In this document: positions 55,251 to 64,000 of the stretch, one piece after another
Position numbering within the stretch: the first letter of the stretch is position 1
How the letters are laid out: the number at the start of each line of letters is the position of its first letter
Assembly (NCBI GenBank): GCA_045635585.1
Contig: JAZTWA010000016.1
Location: 10,785 to 74,784, forward strand
Source: Candidatus Enterousia sp.
GTDB lineage: Bacteria > Pseudomonadota > Alphaproteobacteria > Rs-D84
Direction: 5' to 3'
Length of the DNA: 64,000 bases
Program-made: the position numbers and the translations under genes
The notes under the pieces: generated by a model
Told to the model about the DNA's origin: nothing
The model's database searches: none
What the model saw: the letters and a program-made list of their open reading frames with translations, nothing else

Positions 55251-57863
55251 ATGATTAAAAATGTAATTGGTAAAATATTGGGTTCTGCAAATGACAGAAT
55301 TGTTAAAAATTATGATAAAACGGTATCCTTGATTAATGATTTGGAACCAAAATATCATGCAATGACGGATGAGCAGTTGCGCGAACAGACAAATCTTTTG
55401 CGTGCACGATTGGCGGCGGGTGATAAAGAAAAAGATATTTTGGCCGATGCCTTTGCTGTGGTTCGCGAAGCGTCGGTGCGTACAATCGGTTTGCGTCATT
55501 TTAATGTTCAAATGATTGGTGGAATGGTTTTAAAAGATGGACAAATTGCCGAAATGAAAACTGGTGAAGGAAAAACATTGGTTGCGACATTGGCAATGTA
55601 TTTAAAGGCCTTGCATGGCAAAGGGGCGCATTTAATTACGGTTAATGACTATTTGGCATCTCGTGATGCGGAATGGATGGGTGAAATCTATCGTTTCTTG
55701 GGATTAAGTGTTGGTATTGTTCAGCATGATATGACTGATGATGAAAGACGTGATGCATATGCGTGTGATATCACATATGTTACAAATTCTGAATTGGGAT
55801 TTGATTATTTGCGTGATAATATGAAATTTTCCAAAGAACAACAGGTTTTGCGTCCCTTCTTTTTCGCGATTGTTGACGAAGTTGATAGTATTTTAATTGA
55901 TGAAGCGCGTACACCGTTGATTATTTCAGGACCGGCCGAAGATACCAGTGAACTGTATGCCAAGGTTGATGCGGTGGTTGCACAATTTACAGAATCTGAC
56001 TATAAAAAAGATGAAAAAGACAGACATGTTACATTGACGGAATCTGGTGCGGATACGGCAACTCGTTTATTAAAAGATGCAGATTTGTTAATTGGTGATA
56101 ATTTATACGCATCTGAAAATGCGGCGTTGGTTATGCACATTCAACAATCTTTGTTGGCGCATCATTTGTATCAGAAAAATGTAAATTATGTTGTGCGTAA
56201 TGGCGAAATCTTGATTGTTGATGAATTTACAGGTCGTGTAATGTCAGGCCGCAGATTTGGCAAGGGATTGCACCAGGCGATTGAAGCAAAAGAACATGTT
56301 CGTGTTCAGCCAGAAAATCAAACGGTGTCCAGTATTTCTTATCAGAATTTGTTCCGTTTGTATCCGATTTTATCTGGTATGACGGGTACCGCGATGACAG
56401 AGGCGGCAGAATTCGAAGAAATTTATAAATTGCGTGTTGTATCTATTCCAACAAATCGTCCGGTTGCGCGTGTCGATCATCATGATGAAATTTATCTGAA
56501 TAAAACAGAAAAATATCAGGCGATTCTGAAACAAATTCAAGATTGTATATCGCGTAAACAGCCGGTTTTGGTTGGAACTGTATCAATTGAAAAGTCCGAA
56601 GAATTGGCCGCGATTGTTCGTAAAGAATTGGGAATAGAACCTGCGGTTTTGAATGCAAAACATCATGAATCCGAAGCGAAAATTGTTGCCCAGGCGGGTG
56701 CACCTGGGGCGGTTACAATCGCAACAAATATGGCGGGTCGTGGTACGGATATTAAATTGGGTGGTAATGCAGAAGAATTAATTGCGAATTTGGACGAAAA
56801 TGCCCCTGATTTTGAAGAAAAAAAACAAGAAATTTATAATACAATTGAAGCAAATAAAAAGTTGGTATTGGATGCCGGTGGCTTGTACGTAATTGGTACG
56901 GAACGTCATGAATCACGTCGTATCGATAATCAGTTGCGTGGACGTTCAGGACGCCAAGGTGACCCAGGTGATTCCAAATTCTTTTTGGCATTAGATGATG
57001 ATTTAATGCGTATCTTTGGTGCCGCGCGTTTACAGGGTATGTTGACAACACTTGGATTGAAAACAGGTGAAGCAATTACACATCCATGGATTACAAAAGC
57101 CTTGGAAAAAGCGCAAAAGCGTGTCGAAGCCAGATATTTTGAAGCGCGTAAAGAGTTGTTGAAATATGATGATGTTATGAATGAACAACGTGGTGTCATT
57201 TATAAACAACGTGATGATTTGATGGTTTCAAAAGATTTGTCTGATTTGGCTCGTGAAATGATTGCGGATGTTGTTGAAATTATTTGTGAAAACAGTATCC
57301 CCGAAAAGGCAATGCCGGCAGATTGGAATATAAATGCCATACATAATGCAATGTTGCGTGTGTTTGCATTAGATATTACAGATATCGAAAAATGGAAAAC
57401 GGATGAACAGATAACAGAACGTAAAGCATATGAAACGTTGGTTAATTTGGCGTTGCGTCGTTATGAACATCAGGCGACAAAATATGGTCCAGAATTAATG
57501 CAAATGGCGTCTCGTCAGATGATGTTGGGTGCGTTGGATGCGGTTTGGAAAAAGCATTTGCAACAGATGGATTATTTACAAGGGGCAATAGGTTTGCGTG
57601 GTTATGCCCAGAAAAATCCATTATATGAATATAAACGCGAAGCATTAGATTTGTTTAAGAATACGGTTAATAACTTTAAGATTATGTCGATATCGTATAT
57701 CTGTCGGATGGAATTGACACGTGAAGACGTTGCCGCAACCGAAGCGGAACGCGCAAAACATGACGAAGCACTGAATCAAGCCACAGGTGATGCGCGTCGT
57801 AATGCGCCATGTCCATGTGGTTCAGGATTAAAATTTAAGCATTGTTGTGGTAAATTGCACTGA
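55251..57863 (+). CDS. secA: Preprotein translocase ATPase SecA
   Basis: MKTGEGKTLVATL and DEVDSILIDEARTPLIISG in the DEAD motor, TGTAMTEAAEF, and the C-terminal Zn finger CPCGSGLKFKHCCG. Confidence 0.96.
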   Translation: MIKNVIGKILGSANDRIVKNYDKTVSLINDLEPKYHAMTDEQLREQTNLLRARLAAGDKEKDILADAFAVVREASVRTIGLRHFNVQMIGGMVLKDGQIAEMKTGEGKTLVATLAMYLKALHGKGAHLITVNDYLASRDAEWMGEIYRFLGLSVGIVQHDMTDDERRDAYACDITYVTNSELGFDYLRDNMKFSKEQQVLRPFFFAIVDEVDSILIDEARTPLIISGPAEDTSELYAKVDAVVAQFTESDYKKDEKDRHVTLTESGADTATRLLKDADLLIGDNLYASENAALVMHIQQSLLAHHLYQKNVNYVVRNGEILIVDEFTGRVMSGRRFGKGLHQAIEAKEHVRVQPENQTVSSISYQNLFRLYPILSGMTGTAMTEAAEFEEIYKLRVVSIPTNRPVARVDHHDEIYLNKTEKYQAILKQIQDCISRKQPVLVGTVSIEKSEELAAIVRKELGIEPAVLNAKHHESEAKIVAQAGAPGAVTIATNMAGRGTDIKLGGNAEELIANLDENAPDFEEKKQEIYNTIEANKKLVLDAGGLYVIGTERHESRRIDNQLRGRSGRQGDPGDSKFFLALDDDLMRIFGAARLQGMLTTLGLKTGEAITHPWITKALEKAQKRVEARYFEARKELLKYDDVMNEQRGVIYKQRDDLMVSKDLSDLAREMIADVVEIICENSIPEKAMPADWNINAIHNAMLRVFALDITDIEKWKTDEQITERKAYETLVNLALRRYEHQATKYGPELMQMASRQMMLGALDAVWKKHLQQMDYLQGAIGLRGYAQKNPLYEYKREALDLFKNTVNNFKIMSISYICRMELTREDVAATEAERAKHDEALNQATGDARRNAPCPCGSGLKFKHCCGKLH

Positions 57864-57925
57864 TTTTTTCTGTGCAATTTATCTGCGTTTTTTGTTGTGC
57901 CTGAATTAAGTAAAGGAAAGGGGTT

Positions 57926-60900
57926 ATGGGGCAATTTATTCATCTTCGGACACATTCACGATTTTCAGTTGGGGCCAGTACTTTGACAGTCAAGGCAATA
58001 CCTGCGCTGTGTCAGGCGGCAGGTATGTTCGCTTGTGCATTAACTGATACGAATTTGATGTCGGGGTGTGCAGAATTTTCTGATGTTATGCCCAAAAATA
58101 AAATCCAGCCAATTATTGGTATTGAAATTTCATTAAATCATCATAATGCAGATCCAAAGATTTTGCGTTCTTCGTCTTTGTCCAAGTTGGTTTTGTTGGC
58201 CCAGAATCATACAGGGTATTTGAATTTGTGTGAATTGAATCGCGTAATGTATATGCGTGGTGAAAATCATCATATGGGACCATATATTTCTTTTGATGAA
58301 TTACAATCACATAGTGATGGTTTGATATGTTTGTCGGGGGCGCATACGGGACCAATTGGTATGGCAATTTTAAATGCCCAAGAAGCACTGGCAACAGAAT
58401 ATGCACAAAAGTTGCGCGATATTTTTGGTGATAGATTTTATATTGAAATTCAACGACATGGCTTGGAAAGTGAAATAAAAACAGAACCGAGCTTTTTAAA
58501 GATTGCCATGGATTTAAATATTCCAATTGTTGCAACAAACGATGTCTGTTTTGCAGCCGATACGGATTATGAATCTGCGGATGCGTTGGGGTGTGTGTTG
58601 GGACAAACCAAGGTTATTGATCCAGAACGTCCACGTAAGTCGTCTGAACAATTTTTTAAGTCATATGAACAGATGGCTGAAATCTTTTCTGATTTACCCG
58701 AAGCAATTGAAAATACTGTTGTAATTGCAAAACGCTGCGGTTTTATGGTTAATGTGCATGAAAAACCATTGTTGCCGCGATTTGGTGATGATTTGGAAAC
58801 AGAATGTCAAATGCTGCGCGATAATACTATGTCGGGATTGAAACGCAGGTTGGAACAGCATAAAATTACAGATGCGGCACCATATTATGAACAGGCAGAA
58901 TTCGAACTGGGGGTTATTATCGGTATGGGATTCCCTGGGTATTTTTTGATAGTTGCGGACTATATTGATTGGTGTCGAAATAATGATGTATTAACGGGAC
59001 CTGGACGTGGTTCTGGGGCTGGTTCGATTGTGGCGTGGGCATTGGGGATTACAAACGTTGACCCGTTAAAGTATGGGTTGCTGTTTGAACGCTTTTTAAA
59101 TCCAGATCGTATTTCTATGCCGGATTTTGACGTTGATTTTGAACCAACTGGTATTGAACGCGTTTTGGATTATATTTGTAATAAATATGGGCATGATTCT
59201 GTATGTCGTATTATCACTTTTGGCAGTTTGCAGGCGCGTGGTGCAATTCGTGATATCGGACGTGTGTATGGTATGCCCTATTCTAAATCAGACAGATTGT
59301 CAAAACTGATTCCACAGGATGCCAAGACGTTAAAAGATGCGGTTGGTATGTCAACAGAAATTCAAGATATTTTGAATAATGATCAGGATTTAAACAAAGT
59401 TGTTACGATTGCAGAAGAACTGGAAGGTTCTTTACGCAATTTGGGTCAACATGCCTGTGGCGTGGTTATTGGGGATAGACCAACAACTAAAATTGCGCCG
59501 GTGTATCGTGATCCGGCCAATCCGTTACCGTCTTGTCAATTTGATGGACATTATTTGGAAAGTGCCGGTTTGATTAAATTCGACTTTTTGGGATTGGAAA
59601 CCTTGGTTGTATTAAAGTATGCAACACGATTGATACAACAAACACGTGGCGTTAATGTTGATTTAGATCAAATTCCAACAGATGATCCGAAAACAATGAA
59701 ATTATGGCAGTCTGGATTGACCGAAGGTATATTCCAATTTGATGCCCCGTTTGTACAGCAGACTTTGCGTAAGATGCATCCGACTAGTTTCTTGGAAATT
59801 TCTGCGTTGAATGCCTTGAACCGTCCAGGGCCAATCGCAATGATTCCACAGTTTATTGCACGTATGCATGGTGAAGAACCTGTGGAATTTGTTCATCCGC
59901 GTGCAGAGCCGATATTAAAAGAAACATATGGTATCATTGTATATCAAGAACAGGTTATGCAATTGACGCGTGCGCTGGCCGGATTTACGCGTGGTCAGTC
60001 AGACAACGTGCGTAAGGCGATGGGTAAGAAAATTATCAAGATGTTGGATGAACTAGAAGGTAAGTTCTATGAGGGATGTGAAAAAGAACAAACCTTGGAT
60101 CGTGCAACCGCCAAAGATTTATGGGAACGTTTTAAAGAATTTGCAAAATATGCATTTAACAAATCGCATGCGATTGCGTATTCGATTGTTGCAAACCAGT
60201 GTGCGTATCTTAAGGCGAACTATACACCCGAATTTTTGGCCGCATCAATGTCCAGTAATTTGAATGATACGGATCAGTTGGCGGTCTTTGTGGATGATGC
60301 CAAGACAAATTTTGGAATTCAAATTGTGGCACCGGATATTAATCAAAGTGAATCTTTGTTTACGGTGGTCGATGGCAAGATTGTATATGGCTTGGCGGCA
60401 TTAAAAGGCGTGGGGACGGCTGCCACAGATGCGATTGTTGCAGAACGTAATGCCAATGGACGATTTAAGAATTTGACTGATTTTGCAAAACGTTGTGCCC
60501 CGATTATGAACAAGCGTATATTAGAAGCATTTGCAAAAACAGGGGTATTGGATTCTTTGGAACCAAATCGCGCGGCCATATATATGAATGCAGATGCGAT
60601 TTTATCTTATGCGTCTAAGTCCAAAGACGGTGCAAATATGTTGTCTTTGTTCGCAAATACGGTCGAAGATGATGTTGCAGAAGACAGATTACACAAGAAT
60701 TTACCAAATACAGCCCCATGGACGTTTGGACAAAGGTTGGAAAATGAACTATCTGCGCTGGGATTTTATATATCGGCCCATCCGTTGGATCAGTATAAGC
60801 ATTTGATTGCGCGTGCGAATTTGGCAACCAGTGCCACGTTGGAATCACTGGGGGATAGAAAGTCAGTACAAATTGCGGCAAATGTGAATTCTTTTGGTCG

Positions 60901-61333
60901 TCGTCGTACCAAGACAGGCAAGGAAATGATTACTATTAACGCATCGGATAGCTTTGGTAATATTGATGCGGTGGCATTTGGTGATTCTGCGATTGAATTT
61001 GCCCAGATTTTATCGGGTGAAAATGTTGTTCTTATTTCTGGAAAGACATCTAATCGTGATGATAGGGTTTCTATTTTTGTCGATTCTATTACACCGTTAA
61101 GTCAGTGGGTGGCCAAAATTGCAAAGAAAATAACAATGGATATTCGCAGTCAGGCAGTATTACAAGATGTAAAAAAAGCATTGGTTGCGTTGCCACGTGG
61201 ATATACCCAAGTGGTGCTGAATTTGCATGGCGCGGAAAAGGTTGCGACATTGGTGCTGCCCGGTGGTGTTGAACTGGGGGCAACAACGGTTGCAGATTTG
61301 TCAGCGCTGGGAATAAAGGTGGAGATTGAATAA
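57926..61333 (+). CDS. dnaE: DNA polymerase III alpha subunit
   Basis: PHP domain (FIHLRTHSRFS), polymerase core (GPGRGSGAGSIVAWALGIT, PDFDVDF), and OB fold. 1135 aa. Confidence 0.96.
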   Translation: MGQFIHLRTHSRFSVGASTLTVKAIPALCQAAGMFACALTDTNLMSGCAEFSDVMPKNKIQPIIGIEISLNHHNADPKILRSSSLSKLVLLAQNHTGYLNLCELNRVMYMRGENHHMGPYISFDELQSHSDGLICLSGAHTGPIGMAILNAQEALATEYAQKLRDIFGDRFYIEIQRHGLESEIKTEPSFLKIAMDLNIPIVATNDVCFAADTDYESADALGCVLGQTKVIDPERPRKSSEQFFKSYEQMAEIFSDLPEAIENTVVIAKRCGFMVNVHEKPLLPRFGDDLETECQMLRDNTMSGLKRRLEQHKITDAAPYYEQAEFELGVIIGMGFPGYFLIVADYIDWCRNNDVLTGPGRGSGAGSIVAWALGITNVDPLKYGLLFERFLNPDRISMPDFDVDFEPTGIERVLDYICNKYGHDSVCRIITFGSLQARGAIRDIGRVYGMPYSKSDRLSKLIPQDAKTLKDAVGMSTEIQDILNNDQDLNKVVTIAEELEGSLRNLGQHACGVVIGDRPTTKIAPVYRDPANPLPSCQFDGHYLESAGLIKFDFLGLETLVVLKYATRLIQQTRGVNVDLDQIPTDDPKTMKLWQSGLTEGIFQFDAPFVQQTLRKMHPTSFLEISALNALNRPGPIAMIPQFIARMHGEEPVEFVHPRAEPILKETYGIIVYQEQVMQLTRALAGFTRGQSDNVRKAMGKKIIKMLDELEGKFYEGCEKEQTLDRATAKDLWERFKEFAKYAFNKSHAIAYSIVANQCAYLKANYTPEFLAASMSSNLNDTDQLAVFVDDAKTNFGIQIVAPDINQSESLFTVVDGKIVYGLAALKGVGTAATDAIVAERNANGRFKNLTDFAKRCAPIMNKRILEAFAKTGVLDSLEPNRAAIYMNADAILSYASKSKDGANMLSLFANTVEDDVAEDRLHKNLPNTAPWTFGQRLENELSALGFYISAHPLDQYKHLIARANLATSATLESLGDRKSVQIAANVNSFGRRRTKTGKEMITINASDSFGNIDAVAFGDSAIEFAQILSGENVVLISGKTSNRDDRVSIFVDSITPLSQWVAKIAKKITMDIRSQAVLQDVKKALVALPRGYTQVVLNLHGAEKVATLVLPGGVELGATTVADLSALGIKVEIE

Positions 61334-61334
61334 C

Positions 61335-62186
61335 ATGACAGAAAAACATATTCCGGTGTTATTAGATGCTGTTTTAGGTGCGCTGGGGGATATTTGTGGA
61401 AAAACTGTTGTTGATTGTACGTTTGGTGCGGGCGGGTATTCGCGTGCTTTTTTGGAACGTGGCGCAAATGTTATTGCATTTGATAGGGATCCAAATGTTG
61501 TTGTCGATGCAAATAAACTGAAAGAACAGTATGGGGATAAATTTCGTTTTGTGCCGTTGCCTTTTTCACATATTTCTGATTTAGAAGAAACTGTGGATGC
61601 GATTGTGTTTGATTTGGGAATATCTTCGATGCAGATTGATATTGCCGAACGTGGTTTTTCGTTTCGTATGGATGCGCCATTGGATATGCGGATGGAATCG
61701 GATGGCCAGACTGCGTCCGAATTGATTGAACGGGTATCTGTTGCCGAATTAGCAGATATATTACGTATGTATGGTGATGTGTCCAAGGCGGGTATTTTGG
61801 CACGTGCGATAAAAAATGCCCTGCCCCAGACGACATTTGAATTGCGTGATTTGATACATAACCCACGTGATGTGGCGCCGGTCTTTCAGGCATTGCGTAT
61901 CGCTGTAAATGATGAAATGGGTGAACTGGAACGTGCGTTGGCTGTTGTTCCTGATTTGTTAAATGTTGGTGGCATGTGTCTGTGTGTAACTTTTCATTCA
62001 TTGGAAGATAGAATTGTAAAGAATACTTTGCGTGAATGGACGACCGCACCTGGTGATCCACGTTTGCCGGTGGTAATGCCTGCAAGGTTCACATCTATTA
62101 AGACAATTTTGCCGTCAAAATTCGAAGTTGAACATAATCCGCGTGCACGTTCGGCGCATATGCGCGGTGCGGTGAAATCATATTGA
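61335..62186 (+). CDS. rsmH: 16S rRNA (cytosine1402-N4)-methyltransferase RsmH
   Basis: HIPVLLDAV, DCTFGAGGYS, FDLGISSMQID, SLEDRIVK. Start set at ATG 61335. Confidence 0.92.
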   Translation: MTEKHIPVLLDAVLGALGDICGKTVVDCTFGAGGYSRAFLERGANVIAFDRDPNVVVDANKLKEQYGDKFRFVPLPFSHISDLEETVDAIVFDLGISSMQIDIAERGFSFRMDAPLDMRMESDGQTASELIERVSVAELADILRMYGDVSKAGILARAIKNALPQTTFELRDLIHNPRDVAPVFQALRIAVNDEMGELERALAVVPDLLNVGGMCLCVTFHSLEDRIVKNTLREWTTAPGDPRLPVVMPARFTSIKTILPSKFEVEHNPRARSAHMRGAVKSY

Positions 62187-62234
62187 CGATTTTACGTAAT
62201 TTTTTGTACGATAAATAAAAATAGAAAGGAAGTA

Positions 62235-62666
62235 ATGTCAAAATCAATTAAAAATTTAGTTAAAGCTGCAGATGATGCCAAAAAGGTTAATCCGTTGGAT
62301 TTGTCGTCGGATCAGGATTTGACGATTGGTTTGATGAACTTGATTGCAATCGAAGATATTTGTGGTGTTGGTTCTGATTTGGGTGAAGTGGTTCGTGATA
62401 TTCGTCGCGCTTTGATGACGCGGATTGTTGATGTGTCGGATGAACGGTTTGATATATCGGAACAATTGTTGGCGCGTACGATGCGTTTGATGATTGATGC
62501 TGATAATGCCATAACACGTGGGGATTTTACACGTGCGTATAAATTATATGATGATGCATATGGTATGTATTCGTTATTTTGGGGATTTAATATGGGGTTG
62601 GTTGATGAAAAATCAGTTTTGGCTGATTTAGGTGTTGATTCAAATGCCCAAAAAATGGTAAAATGA
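62235..62666 (+). CDS. Hypothetical protein (143 aa, soluble)
   Basis: GGAAG RBS and consistent coding frame. No TM and no known motif. Confidence 0.55.
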   Translation: MSKSIKNLVKAADDAKKVNPLDLSSDQDLTIGLMNLIAIEDICGVGSDLGEVVRDIRRALMTRIVDVSDERFDISEQLLARTMRLMIDADNAITRGDFTRAYKLYDDAYGMYSLFWGFNMGLVDEKSVLADLGVDSNAQKMVK

Positions 62667-62692
62667 CAAAAAGAGAGAAAGGCGTGAAATAC

Positions 62693-64000
62693 ATGTTTTC
62701 AAATTTTGCTAAGTTTTCTGCCGTTTTGGCGGCGGTTGTTTTGTCTTGTGATGCGATTGCAGACCAGGCACCAAATCCACGCAGTGCGGTTTCTGTGAAT
62801 GCGGCGGGTGCACGCGGTTCTGTAAATGTGGAACGAACATCGCGTCGTGATGGTGTGGTTCGTGAACGTGATGTGGCAAACACAACATCTGCACGCAGTG
62901 CGGTTGTATCACGTTCTGGGACGGTTGCGGGACGTGCGGGTGCTGCCAAGGCGGTTACTGCGCGCAGTGCGACATCACAATCGCGTGATGTGTCGGGTGT
63001 GGCGCGTTCGGCAAAAACAACTGCAACAACCGCGCGAAGTGCGATGTCTGGCGCGATTATGCGTGATATATCGGGGATTGCGGGGCATCAGAATGCGCGC
63101 AGTGCGATTCGTGGTAATGTTTCGCATTCTGGTATGGCGCGTGCGGCATCCAAGGCGCGTGCAACGGCGTTGTTTACAGATATTTCAAAGTTGGGTGGTG
63201 GTTATACGGCATGTCGTGAATCATATGCGACATGTATGGACCAGTTTTGTGGTGCCGCAAATGATACATACCGCAGATGTTTTTGCAGTGAAAGATTTAC
63301 CGAATTTCACGATATGGAATTGGCGATGGATGAAGCCAAGGTCTTGTTACAAAGATTTGAAGATAATAATTTGAATGCGGTCAATAAAACTGCGGCCGAA
63401 GTTAATGCGATGTATAGTGCGACCGTTGGTGAAGCGGCAATTAAAAATGATACCAGTGGTGCACAAAATATCTTGAATGAAATTGGTGATTTGTTGTCGG
63501 GTAAGAAAAAAGCATCCCAGAATAATAATGCGTCGGGTTCATTGGGGATAATGAGTTTGGATTTTTCAACCGATATGGATGATATTTGGGGTGGTGGATC
63601 AGATATCTTTGGCAGTAACGACAAAGGTGTTGATTTGTCGACATTGGAAGGAACTGCGTTATATAACGAATCGAATAAGCAATGTTTAGAATTGATTGGT
63701 GGTAATTGTGAAAATAATGCGGTTTTGAACATGGCGACCAGTGCATATAACATCATGATTACACAGGATTGTAATGCGTACCAGAAACAGTTGGATAAAA
63801 AACGTGAACAGGTTATGGCAACGGTGCGTCAGGCGGAAAAAATGTTACGTGATGCGCGTTTGGAAGAATATCGTGCACATAATTCGGCCGATGTAAATGA
63901 TTGTTTGGACAAGGTTAAAAGTGCCTTGTTGATGGATACAGCGTGCGGTGCAAATTATAAACGTTGTTTGGACTATAGTGGTGTCTTTATGACGCCGACC
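62693..64000 (+). CDS. Secreted Cys-rich protein, N-terminal 436 aa (runs off the 3' edge); paralogue of 20180-22801
   Basis: Frame 2 is open from ATG 62693 to the window end, which is why it is not in the supplied ORF track. Signal peptide MFSNFAKFSAVLAAVVLSCDAIA, (T/N)ARSA repeats, then CRESYATCMDQFCGAANDTYRRCFC and CGANYKRCLD matching the 873-aa protein. Confidence 0.7.
   Translation, partial: MFSNFAKFSAVLAAVVLSCDAIADQAPNPRSAVSVNAAGARGSVNVERTSRRDGVVRERDVANTTSARSAVVSRSGTVAGRAGAAKAVTARSATSQSRDVSGVARSAKTTATTARSAMSGAIMRDISGIAGHQNARSAIRGNVSHSGMARAASKARATALFTDISKLGGGYTACRESYATCMDQFCGAANDTYRRCFCSERFTEFHDMELAMDEAKVLLQRFEDNNLNAVNKTAAEVNAMYSATVGEAAIKNDTSGAQNILNEIGDLLSGKKKASQNNNASGSLGIMSLDFSTDMDDIWGGGSDIFGSNDKGVDLSTLEGTALYNESNKQCLELIGGNCENNAVLNMATSAYNIMITQDCNAYQKQLDKKREQVMATVRQAEKMLRDARLEEYRAHNSADVNDCLDKVKSALLMDTACGANYKRCLDYSGVFMTPT

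Noticed and set aside
62587-63756. Track ORFs 62826-63374 (plus strand), 62587-62949, 62709-62912 and 63307-63756 (minus strand).
   Set aside because: All overlap the open-ended frame-2 ORF, which has a signal peptide and clear paralogy to 20180-22801. They are GC-rich repeat-driven shadow frames.

Overview
This is a 64-kb chromosomal window from a moderately AT-rich alphaproteobacterium. The taxon call rests on GcrA, a bactofilin/M23 pair and alpha-type gene content. All calls were made by eye from motifs; no searches were run. Most of the window is housekeeping: uvrA (3' part), rlmE, rnhA, tkt, hisS, prfA, aroK, mscL, tlyA, leuS, rpiB, lpxA-lpxB, gcrA, thyA, tig, rpsI-rplM, argS, an EnvZ/OmpR-type two-component pair, ruvB, rlpA-ybgC-tolQRA, secA, dnaE and rsmH. 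Five things stand out. (1) An ~11.7-kb integrative island (23184-34916) is inserted in the 3' end of tRNA-Leu(UAA), inside a tRNA cluster Leu-Ala-Leu-[island]-Val, and is bounded by a 19-bp direct repeat. It carries a large tyrosine integrase, a second short recombinase, an autotransporter, AlpA/Xis and an HUH Rep-like protein. At the window centre it also carries a wHTH-fused Mod-type DNA methyltransferase, a ~217-nt structured RNA and a ComEC-type MBL nuclease, a combination I cannot assign to any described system. (2) A dif-like XerCD site lies in a 1-kb ORF-free, GT-skewed gap. (3) A stand-alone SRP54 M-domain protein follows uvrA. (4) There is a family of large Cys-rich secreted proteins; one copy runs off the 3' edge and is missing from the ORF track. 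(5) A prepilin-peptidase-headed operon encodes secreted proteins of unknown function. No rRNA, CRISPR array or IS element was seen.
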